DNA of 64,000 nucleotides from Minutocellus sp. GHC0000111 (GCA_977018835.1 OZ361256.1:4030001-4094000); one strand, 5' to 3'. Positions 11,120 to 22,646 are shown, numbered from the stretch's first letter. The notes: generated by a model not told the origin, from the letters alone. Numbers and translations: made by a program.

Positions 11120-11302
11120 CAGTCCGTCCCCGAAAATAAGCACATCCATTCTGGAGCTGAGGTCTGAATGTGCTTATTTTGGAATAAGGAATTCTGTGCG
11201 AATTAGGTACCAATTGGTTCTTAGAATAAGCAATATGCCCAGAATCTGAGGTCTCACACAAGCACATCAAATGTGCTTACATGTATTTTCGGGGACGGAC
11301 TG
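11120..11302. mobile_element. 183-bp Tc1/mariner-type MITE
   Basis: Perfect 19-bp TIRs cagtccgtccccgaaaata (11120-11138) and tattttcggggacggactg (11284-11302). Left flank is TA, right flank TT. Internal aagcacat/atgtgctt repeats. Confidence 0.75.
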
Positions 11303-11594
11303 TTGTAGGGACAGGAGATCTATACACGTATGAACATGAAAACACGTATCTCTTTTCTCAGATCGTTTTATGAAAATGAGCATACGGTCACGTTATCACG
11401 AAACCTAGCTAGCTACAGTCCTGTTGCACCTGTACTAGTAGTAGCTACATGTACATGTATTGGGATGTTCTTTTTCCAAGTCAGAGCGAGGAGGGTCAAT
11501 TTATTTGAAAACGAAGAGGAAATATCTCTCCGCAGCCCCCGTGCAACGACTCGACTCAGCCATTCTTCCATTATTTATTTTTTGCACGAAAAAG

Positions 11595-12947
11595 ATGCCG
11601 TTGTTCTCTCGGCCGCCAGCTGTTACCGCTGCTGCCACGATCTTCCTATCCAGCCTTGCAACATGTCCTGTCTGCACTGCCATATCATCGTCCCAGTTGG
11701 CCGACGGGCATGGTCTCACAATTGCCGATTTCGATAGCATGATAGCTTCGGAACTTCCCGTGACCTACTCCTACCAAAATGGAGCCGATGATGCGGACCC
11801 AGTCGATACGGGCGGCACAAACGAATCAATCAACAGAAATGGTGAGCAAAAGTATACTATCGACGCAAAGTCAGAAGAATTGTTCAACGTCGCCACAGTT
11901 CGAAAATGGGACTTCAACGAAGAAGTCGATTCCAGCACAACCGGCGTGGCCTCCCCATCGCATCTGTATCCATACGTGATGTGCAGCTCCGATCCGAACC
12001 TTTCGGGATACAAACGAATCCAGGCCATGGATGCACTCCTGACCAAAGCTTCCACGCCACCTTTGGGGTCAGGTGGTCTTTACTTTATCGGATCGACTAT
12101 CATCAATGAACGATCCAAGCGAACATGTATATTTGCCAGTTCGCATTCCGAGCCGTATCAAACAATTTTCGACAATGATTTGATGGTTGAGGCAGAGTAT
12201 GTGGAATACCAACCTCTCATGTTTGCCATGAAGATTGCGGCAGGAACCACCGACGAGCTGCTCAAACGAATAGATCAGCCCGATCCAAGTCGAGATGTGC
12301 TTTCTGTCGTTTTCTCCACTTGTCCAGTGTATAATAACTACGTCAAGCTGGGGTTGGCCACCAGAGCGGAGATGCGGCAAGATATGTTGGCCTTTTTGTT
12401 AGGGGCAGACTCTATCGACACCGCTCAAAGCTTGTACAATTCATCTTTTTACGTGGAGGCGGAGCAAGATGATAGTATAGATAGCACCAGTCGGATGGAT
12501 TGGTGGGCGAGCGTGATCAACAGTGTGACCGACTCCACGGACCCGACGACCGGTTCCAACACGTGCTTCGATCAAATTATATCGCAGAGATTGCAGATGC
12601 AATCGGGATACAAGAATACCATTCGAGTCTCTGTTGAAAATGTTGTTGGCGCAAATGAGCTTGGGATGTCTCAGGACGATTTCAAAGACTGCCTGATGTA
12701 TGTTGTTGCAGGACTGGCTCTGCATCCATACATTTGTCAGCTGGAGCCCGAGTTCTACCCTGTTCCGTTCCCTGACACTCCCACGGTCAGCCCAGCTCCA
12801 ACTGCCCCTGCGCTATCAGATATTAGCGGCGAAGATCTAAATTCGCTGAACGGTGAATCATCGGACGCTATCATGCATTTCTTCTCCGATTTTGTTTTCC
12901 TCCTGGTCGGGCTTTCAGTAATGTCGGCTTTCTTATATATTGGTTAA
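11595..12947 (+). CDS. Secreted or membrane-anchored hypothetical protein
   Basis: About 450 aa from MPLFSRPP. N-terminal hydrophobic signal, Pro/Thr linker (PDTPTVSPAPTAP) and hydrophobic C-terminus (TM or GPI-like). Confidence 0.6.
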   Translation: MPLFSRPPAVTAAATIFLSSLATCPVCTAISSSQLADGHGLTIADFDSMIASELPVTYSYQNGADDADPVDTGGTNESINRNGEQKYTIDAKSEELFNVATVRKWDFNEEVDSSTTGVASPSHLYPYVMCSSDPNLSGYKRIQAMDALLTKASTPPLGSGGLYFIGSTIINERSKRTCIFASSHSEPYQTIFDNDLMVEAEYVEYQPLMFAMKIAAGTTDELLKRIDQPDPSRDVLSVVFSTCPVYNNYVKLGLATRAEMRQDMLAFLLGADSIDTAQSLYNSSFYVEAEQDDSIDSTSRMDWWASVINSVTDSTDPTTGSNTCFDQIISQRLQMQSGYKNTIRVSVENVVGANELGMSQDDFKDCLMYVVAGLALHPYICQLEPEFYPVPFPDTPTVSPAPTAPALSDISGEDLNSLNGESSDAIMHFFSDFVFLLVGLSVMSAFLYIG

Positions 12948-13042
12948 TAGTTGGCTAAAGATTCTTGCATAGTTTAGAAGTTGATTTGCACACATAATAA
13001 AAGAAATAAATGCGATACAGTGCGTTTAGTGGGTTCAGATGA

Positions 13043-15989
13043 TCAACACATTTCAACAATGTGCGCGTTGCCTGTTTCAATTTGACCAAACTTCGAAGTG
13101 AACGAACCAACTACCACCGTTCCATCATTCGAAGCGACACTGCTTCCAAATGCATCATCTCTGACTCCGTACGATGGCTGAAGATGGCTGATTTGCGTCC
13201 ATACGCTAAAACCGACGCGTTCAAATACATACGCCGCCCCGAGATTTTCTAGAGCAGGGTCTCGGTCATCATCTGCGCCTTCTGCTCCAACAACAATAAA
13301 ATCTCCGTCTACATCTACTGCTTTCCCAAAGCCATCTGAGGCCTCGCCATCTTCTGCCAAAAGCATTGCAGCTTCTACCCACTGTCCGTTGTTATCAACA
13401 AACACGTAAGTACTACCAGAAGACGACCCATTATCATCATCTCCGCGTGCGCCAACGACAATGACATCGGCAGATATTGCCACACTGCGACCAAACGAAT
13501 CAAATGCCGATCCATCGGCTGGTATGAGCTGGTTCTTTAGAGCCCAAGTCTCATCAACCTTGCTATATGCGTACGCCACTCCAGAATCTTTGCCGCTTGC
13601 ATCGTTTCTCACAGCTCCAACAACAACGGTGGATCCCGAGACATCAACAGAGCTGCCAAAATTGTCTCCTGTACTCCCATCTTCTGGCCGAAGTTTTGTT
13701 GTCTGCACCCAGCCCTCTCCGGCGAGACGCTCGAAGATATAAACAGAGCCAGTGCGTTCGACCAAAGGAAGTGATTCTCCCTTGGGTTCTCCAACAACCA
13801 ATACATTGTCATTTAAAGCTACCGCCAAACCAAAGGATGCGTCGGACATGTCAGGTTCGTCTGCGAGGAGGCGCGCCTCCTCTACCCAGTTTCCATCCGG
13901 CCCCCGAACGAAGACATACACACATCCGATATAGCCTTCTTCTCCAACCTCAGTGGTGGCGTACGGCACGACATCCCCAACAACAAGAGTGCTGCCATCA
14001 ACATCGAGGGCCCTGCCGAACAAGCCATTCTCTATTGGCTCAGGTGCTTGCAGAACGATCGGCGACTTGGCCCACGTGTAGTCATCGCCCCGTACGTAGA
14101 GATGAACACTTCCACCCCGTGAGGATGAGGAGAACGGAGCACCGACGATGGCTGTGTCGCCACTCACTGCAACACTAGACCCAAAATGATCACCCCTTTG
14201 AAAGTCACCGATGCCTTCACCTTTGGGCAGCATGGTCAGCTGGCACTCGGGCGGAATAAACTCGGTCGGTGATACTGTAGGCGACGCAGTTGGTGTGGGA
14301 TCTTCCAATGGTGGCGGTATTTCCTCAGGGACCGGCGTCGATCCAGTGGACGAAGATGAATTTCCTCCTCCTCCAGCAGCTGCAGCAGCGCCTCCCGCCG
14401 CAGCGGCAATGATGATAACGAGCAAAAGGGCACCAGCAACAATGGCCATCCGCTTGGACATTCCACAGAATTTTGCCTCGTCTTTCTTGACCCCATCTTG
14501 CGCCTCGCCAGACGGCACGGACGGCTCGTTGGGATCCTCTCCAACGAAACCGTCGTCTGCGGAGGGAGCAGAACCGTCGGACAGATTGTCCGAGTATCGG
14601 CTTCGCCGGATACCGGCGTCGTACTCATCTGCCTGGGATCCTCGGACGGCGACCGCACCCACCGTGGCGGCGGCTGCTCCAGCCGCTGCTGGTGCTGCTC
14701 CACATCGCGAATCCTTGCCCCATCACGGCCGCCGGATGCGCCGGCACCGGTCGAGTCCCTCTGAATCTTGGCCACGAGCCGATCGTCGGGGGTGTTCTCT
14801 GCCACCGATGCCATGCTTCCCGGAACCGACGGCTCTCCACCACGGAGGAGCTTGGATTGCAACCGATCCTCGGGGGTGCTCTCCTCTTCTGCGGACGACG
14901 CCTGCCGCAGCTTGGACTGCAACCGATCCTCGGGGGTGCTCTCCTCTTCTGCCCCAGACGGTGCGGAGGCCGACGACGCCTGCCGCAGCTTGGACTGCAG
15001 CCGATCGTCGGGGGTGGTCTCCATCGCCGCCCGATCCTCGCCGATGCTGCCCAGACCGCTCGTCGCGGTGGACGCGGAGTGCTGCACCACCTTGGAGCGG
15101 AGCCGGTCGTCGGGCGTTGTGGAGGCATTGGCAGCACCCTTGGTCGATGCCTTGGCGCTGGCCCGTTCGGCGACGGTGCTGCCAACACCACGTCCATGGA
15201 CGGTAACCCCGGGCACGCCGGAGGCACTGGCCGACGCCGCGCGTGCACTCCGTTGGCCGCTGCCGGCCGAATACGACGCCTGGGCCCTTCGCTGCTCCTC
15301 CCGCAGACGGGCTTGGATCAAATCGCTGGTTTCGGTGGTGGTGGTGGTGGTCGCGCTCCCGTCCGATGCATGGGTTTGGGCCGTGGCGGTGGTGCGGGTG
15401 GCCACGCTCCCGGTCGCAGAGGTGGAGGAGGCGGCGGTCTCTCGACGGATCTTGGCCGCCAGCCGATCCTCCGGTGCTTCGGGTGATGACGAGGTTGGTA
15501 CCCGCTGCTGCTGCAGGGACGACGGCGATTCCAGCAGCGTTTCCAACGGCGTCGATGCACTGGTCTTTGCAATGGACCGAGGCGCGTCCTCGGCGGCTAT
15601 TTTGGCGGCCAGGCGTTCGTCGGGCGAGACGATCCGCTGGCCGTCCCGACCTCCCCTTGGAAGGGAGGCACCACCGCTGGGCTTGGCACTGGTGCTGGCA
15701 GTGCGTCCGGCGGCACTTGGGGTCGAGGCCGAGGCCAGTTCCGTCGGCCGGACCGCAGGGCCGCCTCCCGCTCGATCTTGGCCTGGAGCCGTTCGGCGCG
15801 GCTCTGCGTCGGGGAGCTGTCGTCCTTCAGGATGTTATCTCCATCGTCGGCACTTGCTCCAGTTGTGGAAGCAGAAGCAGCGGCATGATGATGCTTGTAC
15901 GCGTCGTCGGAGACAATGCCGGTATCCTCGGAGGAGGCCAGCGCCTCGCCTTCTCCCCAGTCGTCGTCATCATCGCACGTAGATGCCAT
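13043..15989 (-). CDS. Type II membrane protein with low-complexity repeat N-terminus and C-terminal FG-GAP beta-propeller (two apparent frameshifts, ~15630-15750 and ~14720)
   Basis: Seven 'FGxSVAVSGDTxVVGA...GxxYVF' repeats in 13043-14200 and a TM helix 'IVAGALLLVIIIAAAA'. The upstream ORFs 14236-15546 and 15597-15989 share '(P)xDRLxxKI' repeats. Confidence 0.7.
14849..15014. repeat. Coding tandem repeat (60-bp period, ~3 copies) encoding STPEDRLQSKLR
   Basis: agcttgga(t/c)tgcaaccgatcctcgggggtgctctcctcttctgc at 14849 and 14909, with a third diverged copy at ~14971-15014. Confidence 0.85.
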
Positions 15990-17097
15990 ATCTTTTATAT
16001 GTTATATTGGTTGTCGGTTCGATGGATTGTTCTGTCTGCTGCCAATCAAATCGTTGGCAGCTGTTGCTGGGGGGAGGGAGTTGTGGAAGAAGCAAGGACC
16101 AGTGGCGTTCGGCGGTGCACAAACTGCTCCCGTCAGGCACAGGGGAGATTTCGATTGTGACAGGAGCAAGTTAAGTTCGCGTCGTCGTTGACTGCAGCAC
16201 CGCGATGGTGCGCAACGAGGCGAGATACTGCGCAGTAACTAAGCCCCCTCGCCTCAATGGGTGCTTAGCTTCTCTTCCCCTGGCCGATTCTGGTTCGATT
16301 CATTCGGGCTCGTCAAGCAATAATGAGACTGCATGCAGCAAGTGGCGCGCGAGTGACGCCGGCAGGGGATCTTTTCTACCTCGCCGATCGGTCATGTTTG
16401 TCGGCGGCAGTTGGTTAACGTTCCTACCAACCAAAAGTACTATGTGGCAATTTGTGCTGGCCGCCATGTCATGACGTTGCCTGCGGTACTGCCGTTGCCG
16501 ATGTCCTGCTTGCTTGGCGCCACTGATCCCAGGGGGGGGGGGGCTCGAGGAGAAAGGGGAAGACAAGGGAACGGAAGGGACGGCGTCATGTATTTTTCTC
16601 TCCCCCTCTTTTTTTACTGTCGGTCGGGTTAAGAGGGCGCTGTCCATAACTTTTAGGAAGCCCCCAAAAAGCGTGTTTTGTGCCGTTTTTTCTTCGCACC
16701 ATCGCCAAAGTTAGCACTCCAACGTGACAATGGGCTCCTCATCGAAGGCCGCCGCTCTCCACAGTGGCGAAGAGTCATCGACGTTCCTTTCAGCATTAAG
16801 TCGGAAATCCCTCCAGGAACACTTGGTTCAGAGGAACTTCGATGAATCAACTCTCCCTCAGAAACACAATGGTCGACGTGCACGTCATCGTCGGATCGAC
16901 CGAAATTAGTCTCGGCCGACGCACAACCAGCATTGGTGGTGCTGGTGGGAAGATATCTTGAAGTTTTGCTGTTGGGAGGTAAGGGGATATTTGTTTGGGG
17001 TATTTTTGCACGTCTCCCTCATTTGGGGTTCTTTTTGTAAGGTTCTCATCAAAAAGCGCGTCTTGCGCCAGAACCGACACAAAACAAAAAAACAACC

Positions 17098-19371
17098 ATG
17101 GAAACATCACGTGCTAACGCCAAGGAGGCAATCCTCTCACTCTTGCTCTCATTCCCAGACGACGTCAGATGCACTCACTACACTATTGATGAGCTTGTCC
17201 GCATCTTGATGCGCGGTGGCGCATCACCGAGCTTAGAGATCTCTCTTGTTCGATCATCTCTTCAACACGTCCCAACACGACACGAGGTCAACATCCAACG
17301 ACGACGTCCAGAGAAAATATCAGGCCTTGACGTTGCAAAGCCCTTCTACCGCTTCTCCAGAATAGCCGATAACGCCAGCCCACGCTCTCAACGCAATGGC
17401 AAGCGATCACTGCCGACCATGCCTGAAAACCACTTCCAGGACGATGAAAAGCATGGGCCCCATCTCAACGCGACACTGAAATGTTGTTCCGACAAGAATT
17501 CTTCGGGCGGTCGGTCATCTACTCCCACCGCCAACGCTACCGATCGTCCCAACATCACCGGCGTGCAGCTCAACGGCAAAAGAATTGTGGTTGAGATGAA
17601 GCAGCTGTGTGATTTCGCACAGAATCTCCACCGATCGTGCGGCAATCTGTGTCTCTCGGCCGAGCCAGTTCGGCGTGGATTCGGCGTTGCATTTGAATGG
17701 CGATGCGACAGATGCAACCAACCTTTTTCTTTTTGCACTTGGATCGGCCAGAGGTCAGAAGTTGTGTGCCCCGGCAGAAAGCATTCTAGAAGTCAGGCTG
17801 GAATGAACTTGGAGCTGATGGAGGCAGCGGAAGATGAGGCCATGTGCGCAAGTCGCTTCATGAATTCACGAAGGCCGACATCGTCCATCCGACCGAAAAG
17901 AATGCCCGACAGGTGGACAAGAAATGCAGAGCAGCGGCTATTGAAGCAGCTGATGAAATCATTGACGAGAACAGGGCAAAAGCATGTGCCGCTAGCAGCA
18001 AGACTGTTGAGTTTGAACAAGGCGGCGAGATGCACACGGCGGCGGTTTTTACGGTGGCCCAAGACGGCAGCGCCCTCAAACGCGACTACGGCCATTGCTA
18101 CACTGGCTCTGCTGCAGCGGCATTTGCCGTAGACAAGGAAACTGGCCTTGTTGTTGACAAGGGAATCTCTCAGGCAAGCTGCCACTGTTGCGTGAGAGCC
18201 TGCAATGCAAGATTGAGGGAGAGGCGGGAAGCCGGCAATCCAATAACGCCGAGTGAGCTCAAAAACATGAGCAAGGATGAGACACTGGCCCTGTGCGACC
18301 ATGATGGCTTCTGCTATCGCAACTCTTCCTACTCCCCCGGTGTGGCAGAGGAGCATCTGGCCGAGAATGTTGGACGGAATCTTCTGGTCGACGATGAAGG
18401 AAGCGTGCAGGCGTGTCCTCTTTTCGTTGAGAAGCACGTTGCCGATGGCGACAGCAAAGGCATTACTAGGGCAGCAGCCGCTCAGGAAGACATGGTAGGT
18501 GATGAGTTGGCTTCTGGTGTTGAGCTTTGCCGTGACTTTAATCATCTGAGCAATTCAATTGACTCAGGCTTTCGAAAAGTATGCAAAGGAGTTGAAAATT
18601 TTAATGCCATCCCCCGACCACGCATCAATCGGATGAAACAGGGCATTTCGAAGATTACTGATCGGTACAAGCACAGCGTTCTCGATCAGCCCGATGGTGC
18701 TGTGTCCGAGGAGGAAAAACAAAGTCATCTGGCCCTCCTTCAGAAAGAACTCCAGTCCGTCGTTCGTCACCAATGTGGCATTCACACTTTTTGCACCACC
18801 AACACGTGTGATTGGATTCGCCTCAGCATTGCTCATCCTGATTGGAGTGATGGCAAGCTCGATGAGGAATGGAGCTCGGGGAATCAATTCGATGGCGACA
18901 TATTGGAGATTAGTGACGACACGATTCGCAAGATGACGCTTGAAATAACCAAGAGAATCAACAAGAATACTGCCGACTCCAACTGCAAGAAGGAATCTAC
19001 CACCGAGCAAGAGCGACAGCAAGCGCCTTCGAGCAGCCTTGCGAAACAGAAGCGAGAAAGACGACAAGGACTATGTGTACAAGAAGAACAGGGCCCTAGC
19101 TGCTGGTAAGGCGAAACCAGCAAAGCCTGGCCGCAAGAAGAAGATTGACCAGCAGTGTCAGAAATGCAAGCAGCTTGGCCACACTCGGGCTGAATGTCAA
19201 TGCGACGATGCTGACGACGTTGTCGTTTACGCCGGAAAGAAGCGCAGAAGCCCAGGCAGCAACAAGAAATCTGCAAGAAATAATAAGAAAGCTAAGACAA
19301 ACTTCGGTGTATCGGCAAATGATGTTAGCTCTTGGATGCCGGCGATACTGAGAGAAAATGGCAGCTTGTAA
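17098..19371 (+). pseudogene. Kolobok ('Mutator-like' domain) DDE transposase, frameshifted and apparently missing the third catalytic-residue segment
   Basis: Motifs: 'GFGVAFEWRCDRC', 'QDGSALKRDYGHCYTG...TGLVVD...CHCC', 'CYRNSSYSPGVAE', 'VADGDSK', 'CRDFNH', 'HQCGIHTFC' and a C-terminal knuckle 'CQKCKQLGHTRAEC'. Frame breaks at ~17843 and ~18980-19040. Confidence 0.8.
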
Positions 19372-19474
19372 ACACGTGTAAAATATTTTATCACTGAAAT
19401 AAAAATGGATTTATTGTGTGCTGTTACTCACGTGCTACGCACATTCTTGTTATCTACATGTGTTGAGGTAATGA

Positions 19475-20737
19475 TTATGCATTTTCCTCTTCTTCTTCCT
19501 CTTCATCTTGATGACCAGGGATGAATCCAACATATCGTTCACCTTTATCATTTGGATAAATGAACCTAATGCGAAAGACTAGACAGGTTGGCAAGGACTT
19601 CCGATCAAGCCAACCTCTCACATGATACACCTCAGTTGCATAGTACCAATACAGCATGTTCCTCTTCAAATTATTTGCCATGGCTTCGACTGGCATTGTG
19701 GTTGCGTAGTATTTATCAGCGATATCCTCCAGGTCCTCCTCCGTCGGCACCAGCATTTCTTCGCAGACGCATTTCTGAAAGAAGAGTGTGCCGTACATTG
19801 AGCAGCTTCGGTTGGCGGCAGTGCAGCAAGCAGGGGGTATTGGCGGCCTCTCTCTGGTCTCGTCCCAATTACCGAATGTGTCTGCCTCCGGCGCTGCCGT
19901 CGGATCATCGTCGGCTTCCTCACAAACGGCCGCAACAAGAGCATCCGTGTCCGATCTGATCGCTGCTGATGGCCCACCATCTACCTGCAGAAGTTGGCCC
20001 ATTCCAACAATATCAAAATCAACTAGTCCAATCCCAGCAGTAGAGTGTATGTCATCATATGGAGCCACATGCCATCGGTGGAACTTTGTCAATTTGATCA
20101 CATGGCCCTGTTGTAGACTTCGGGCCTTTTCGGAAATTGTCAGGGCAACACGAGCGACGATAAGCTTTCCGCTTCCATCAAGCAAAGTAAGCGATGTGGT
20201 GTTGAAAGGTCGGCCGTGCGCAGCAAGAGCCGATCCAATATCGATCCGTTTCCCATGAAGTTGAAATATAGGGAAGAATTCAGGTCCGGCGTCAAACATG
20301 GGATCTTGCAATTGATCGACGATGCCGACCGTCAGCCTCAACTTCACATCAGCCACGGACAGGTTGGTAACTACGAGGCCGGGCCGCTCAGCAGCGACAT
20401 CAATATCATCCCGAACATGATACTTATCAGCGCGAGCCTCGACTGCTTTGACAAGATGTTGAAGTGCATGGCCGACGCCGGGATTGTTACATAATTCTCG
20501 TCCTTGTCCGTTCGGGTCGTTCTCCAACGTGACGGCGAGGCCCTCCAGTATCTCGGTAACGGCGTCTTTCGCTTTGTCCTCCGCCTTCTCTTTCTTCTTG
20601 TCAACAGGCAAAATCGGGCGACCGGAGTTATCTGTCTTGAGTTTCCGCAACCGCGTATCTGCGTTGTGGGCCGGGCCGGCACTATTATCAGCGCTCGCTT
20701 CATCGTAATGAAGAGGGGGCAGAGTGGCGATTCTCAT
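19475..20737 (-). CDS. KolX-like accessory protein with P2X7-ballast-like Cys-rich C-terminus and an OB-fold-like middle region
   Basis: Uninterrupted 420-aa ORF inside the TIRs. 'CC....CSMYG....CVCE' and 'KRNMLYWYYA.....G...RKSLPTCLVFRIRFIYP......YVGF'. Middle region 'LTLLDGSGKLIVARV...LQQGHVIKLTKF' resembles RPA-type OB folds. Confidence 0.7.
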   Translation of the reverse strand: MRIATLPPLHYDEASADNSAGPAHNADTRLRKLKTDNSGRPILPVDKKKEKAEDKAKDAVTEILEGLAVTLENDPNGQGRELCNNPGVGHALQHLVKAVEARADKYHVRDDIDVAAERPGLVVTNLSVADVKLRLTVGIVDQLQDPMFDAGPEFFPIFQLHGKRIDIGSALAAHGRPFNTTSLTLLDGSGKLIVARVALTISEKARSLQQGHVIKLTKFHRWHVAPYDDIHSTAGIGLVDFDIVGMGQLLQVDGGPSAAIRSDTDALVAAVCEEADDDPTAAPEADTFGNWDETRERPPIPPACCTAANRSCSMYGTLFFQKCVCEEMLVPTEEDLEDIADKYYATTMPVEAMANNLKRNMLYWYYATEVYHVRGWLDRKSLPTCLVFRIRFIYPNDKGERYVGFIPGHQDEEEEEEENA

Positions 20738-21120
20738 GGTGGGGTCGAGTTTTTGTCATGCTTCGCTCGTCATAAGAAATAAGAATAAGGGGGATTAAAA
20801 CGGGGGAAATTATGGACAGCGCCCTCTTAATTGTTAACATGTAATTTAATTGTAAAACCTGCCAGTAAAACGACAGCCAAAAAAGGTAATTTGTGAGACA
20901 ATTTGTAATAAATATGATTCTTTTGACGAAACCTTTGTCATTTATGATGCGTCTTTTCTTCGTCAGGTTAGAAAAACTGTCCGTCGTTCGTGTAAGGGTC
21001 GTCGGTCGGTAAATTAGCACACATGAATTTTAAAAACTGCCAGCAAAATCACAATATTTTTCACTAAGCATTGAGACAATTGTTGAAAATTATTGCTTTT
21101 TAATTAGTTCCTTTGCAAAT

Positions 21121-22470
21121 TCCAGTGACGAAGAGGGAGATCTGATCTTTCTTTGTTCAAGGCACCTTTGCATGTGCTGTCAAGGTGCGGCAAAGTGAAT
21201 GCTTGCGCGCACTGCATTGCATCGCTGCGTTTGAATCGCCCCGCCAATTTGCATCTTTGCGCACAGAACAGTGTCGTGTGTTGGCATGCGAGCGCATTTC
21301 ATCCCGACGAACGATTGGCGAAGTCTCATCGAACAGGCAGGTGCTGCAACATTTATTTGGGCACAGCAAGTTCGGGTGGTGCTGTTGCCATTGCGCATTT
21401 CGTCAGCCATTATTTGATTGGCATCACACGGCATCGCACGGATTTCTCTCTGTTATAACTGACTGATTTGATCGTTTGTGTTAGCAGCAATGGCGTTTTC
21501 TTATCCCGGGCGAGACATCCAAACACACATGCTCTTTCGATGCCTTTCTTTGGGCAGAATCCCACAACCAACCAGCACACATGGCTCACACCGCATTGTG
21601 ACACCAAGAAAGACAATAAAAACTGCAGAGATTGAAAGCATGTCTTGGTCGCTTGACGACTTCGAGCTCTCTCAGCTAAAATGCCGCTGTGCATCTTGTT
21701 ACAGAGACAGGTAGACTCAATGCAAAACATTGCTTCTCTGACTGGAACGTGTCTCATAAAAGACTCACAAGAGACGGACACTTACAATTGTCTCTGTTGT
21801 GGCCATTTGTGTTGTTCAAACACACACACCTAAGCAAGACCGGAAATTACAGTGGTCTGACTCAATTGTCCTAATTGACATCCAGCAATGACCATGTCCT
21901 GCAGATGTTGCAGACTTGCAATGTTTTCATGATGTCTGCTTTCACAACTCAGAAACACATCACGACATTGCCACCTGCGGTTGTGTGCGTGCAAACCCAT
22001 GCAAGTAAGTCAACTTTTTCCAATTTGGCAAACCCGACGATGAATGGGACCAGACGTTGAACTATGTTCGAATCGACCGACACACCAATCTCAGCATCAA
22101 TCAAGCAATGTTTGTGCCCTCCGTGATTTCAGGGCAAAAGGGAAACGAATTGTCCTCCTAACATTGCTAAACTTTTGAAATGTTACAGCACTCATTTGGC
22201 GATCAGACACAATGACTAGTGACGACACGCATTCGATCATGATCTCTCGAAAGTGTGTTTGCTAACTTCACAACAACGGACAATGCTCCCTTTCCCGCAA
22301 GATGGAAGAAAGGATGTGCAACAGCTCCCCAAGCATCGTTGCTTATGTTCCATGCGAACAAGGTCCAACTTCAACTCGTTTGCAGGACAGAGCCCACTTT
22401 CCTGAAGACATGGAACAGCTCTTAATCCAAGGAGATTGCGGCGCGATCAAACATAGTAGAAATTTCTAAT
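21121..22470 (+). pseudogene. Highly degenerate TE-like coding relic, TpA-depleted
   Basis: A stop-riddled but protein-like frame (..DEWDQTLNYVRIDRHTNLSINQAMFVPSV..FEMLQHSFGDQ) with Cys/His enrichment, inserted between repeat-array units. Family not identified. Confidence 0.4.
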
Positions 22471-22646
22471 TGGTTACACACGCATGTAGAATCGGCAAAG
22501 CATTGTATTGGAGTCACTCTGTGTCTCTGTCTGCTCTTTTCTTCTCCATCTCTTTGGTTGCTGCTGCTGGCGGAATCATCATCTCATCTTTGTCGATGTC
22601 GGCGCCGGCCCGGACGCCGCACAGGCCTCCGAAATTCCATGGCGCG

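Larger units (their letters stand above)
16633..20826 (+). mobile_element. Kolobok-superfamily DNA transposon, 4194 bp, both ends present
   Basis: TTAA at 16629-16632 and 20827-20830. Perfect 17-bp TIRs gagggcgctgtccataa (16633-16649) and ttatggacagcgccctc (20810-20826). RR...YY termini. Two convergent ORFs (transposase and KolX-like). Confidence 0.88.

Noticed and set aside
14211..16160. Long plus-strand ORFs (331, 264, 404, 305 aa)
   Set aside because: Antisense shadows of a GC-rich, low-complexity minus-strand gene.
16629..20830. piggyBac classification based on TTAA
   Set aside because: The ends are GAGG..CCTC rather than CCY..RGG, and the protein motifs and second ORF fit Kolobok.
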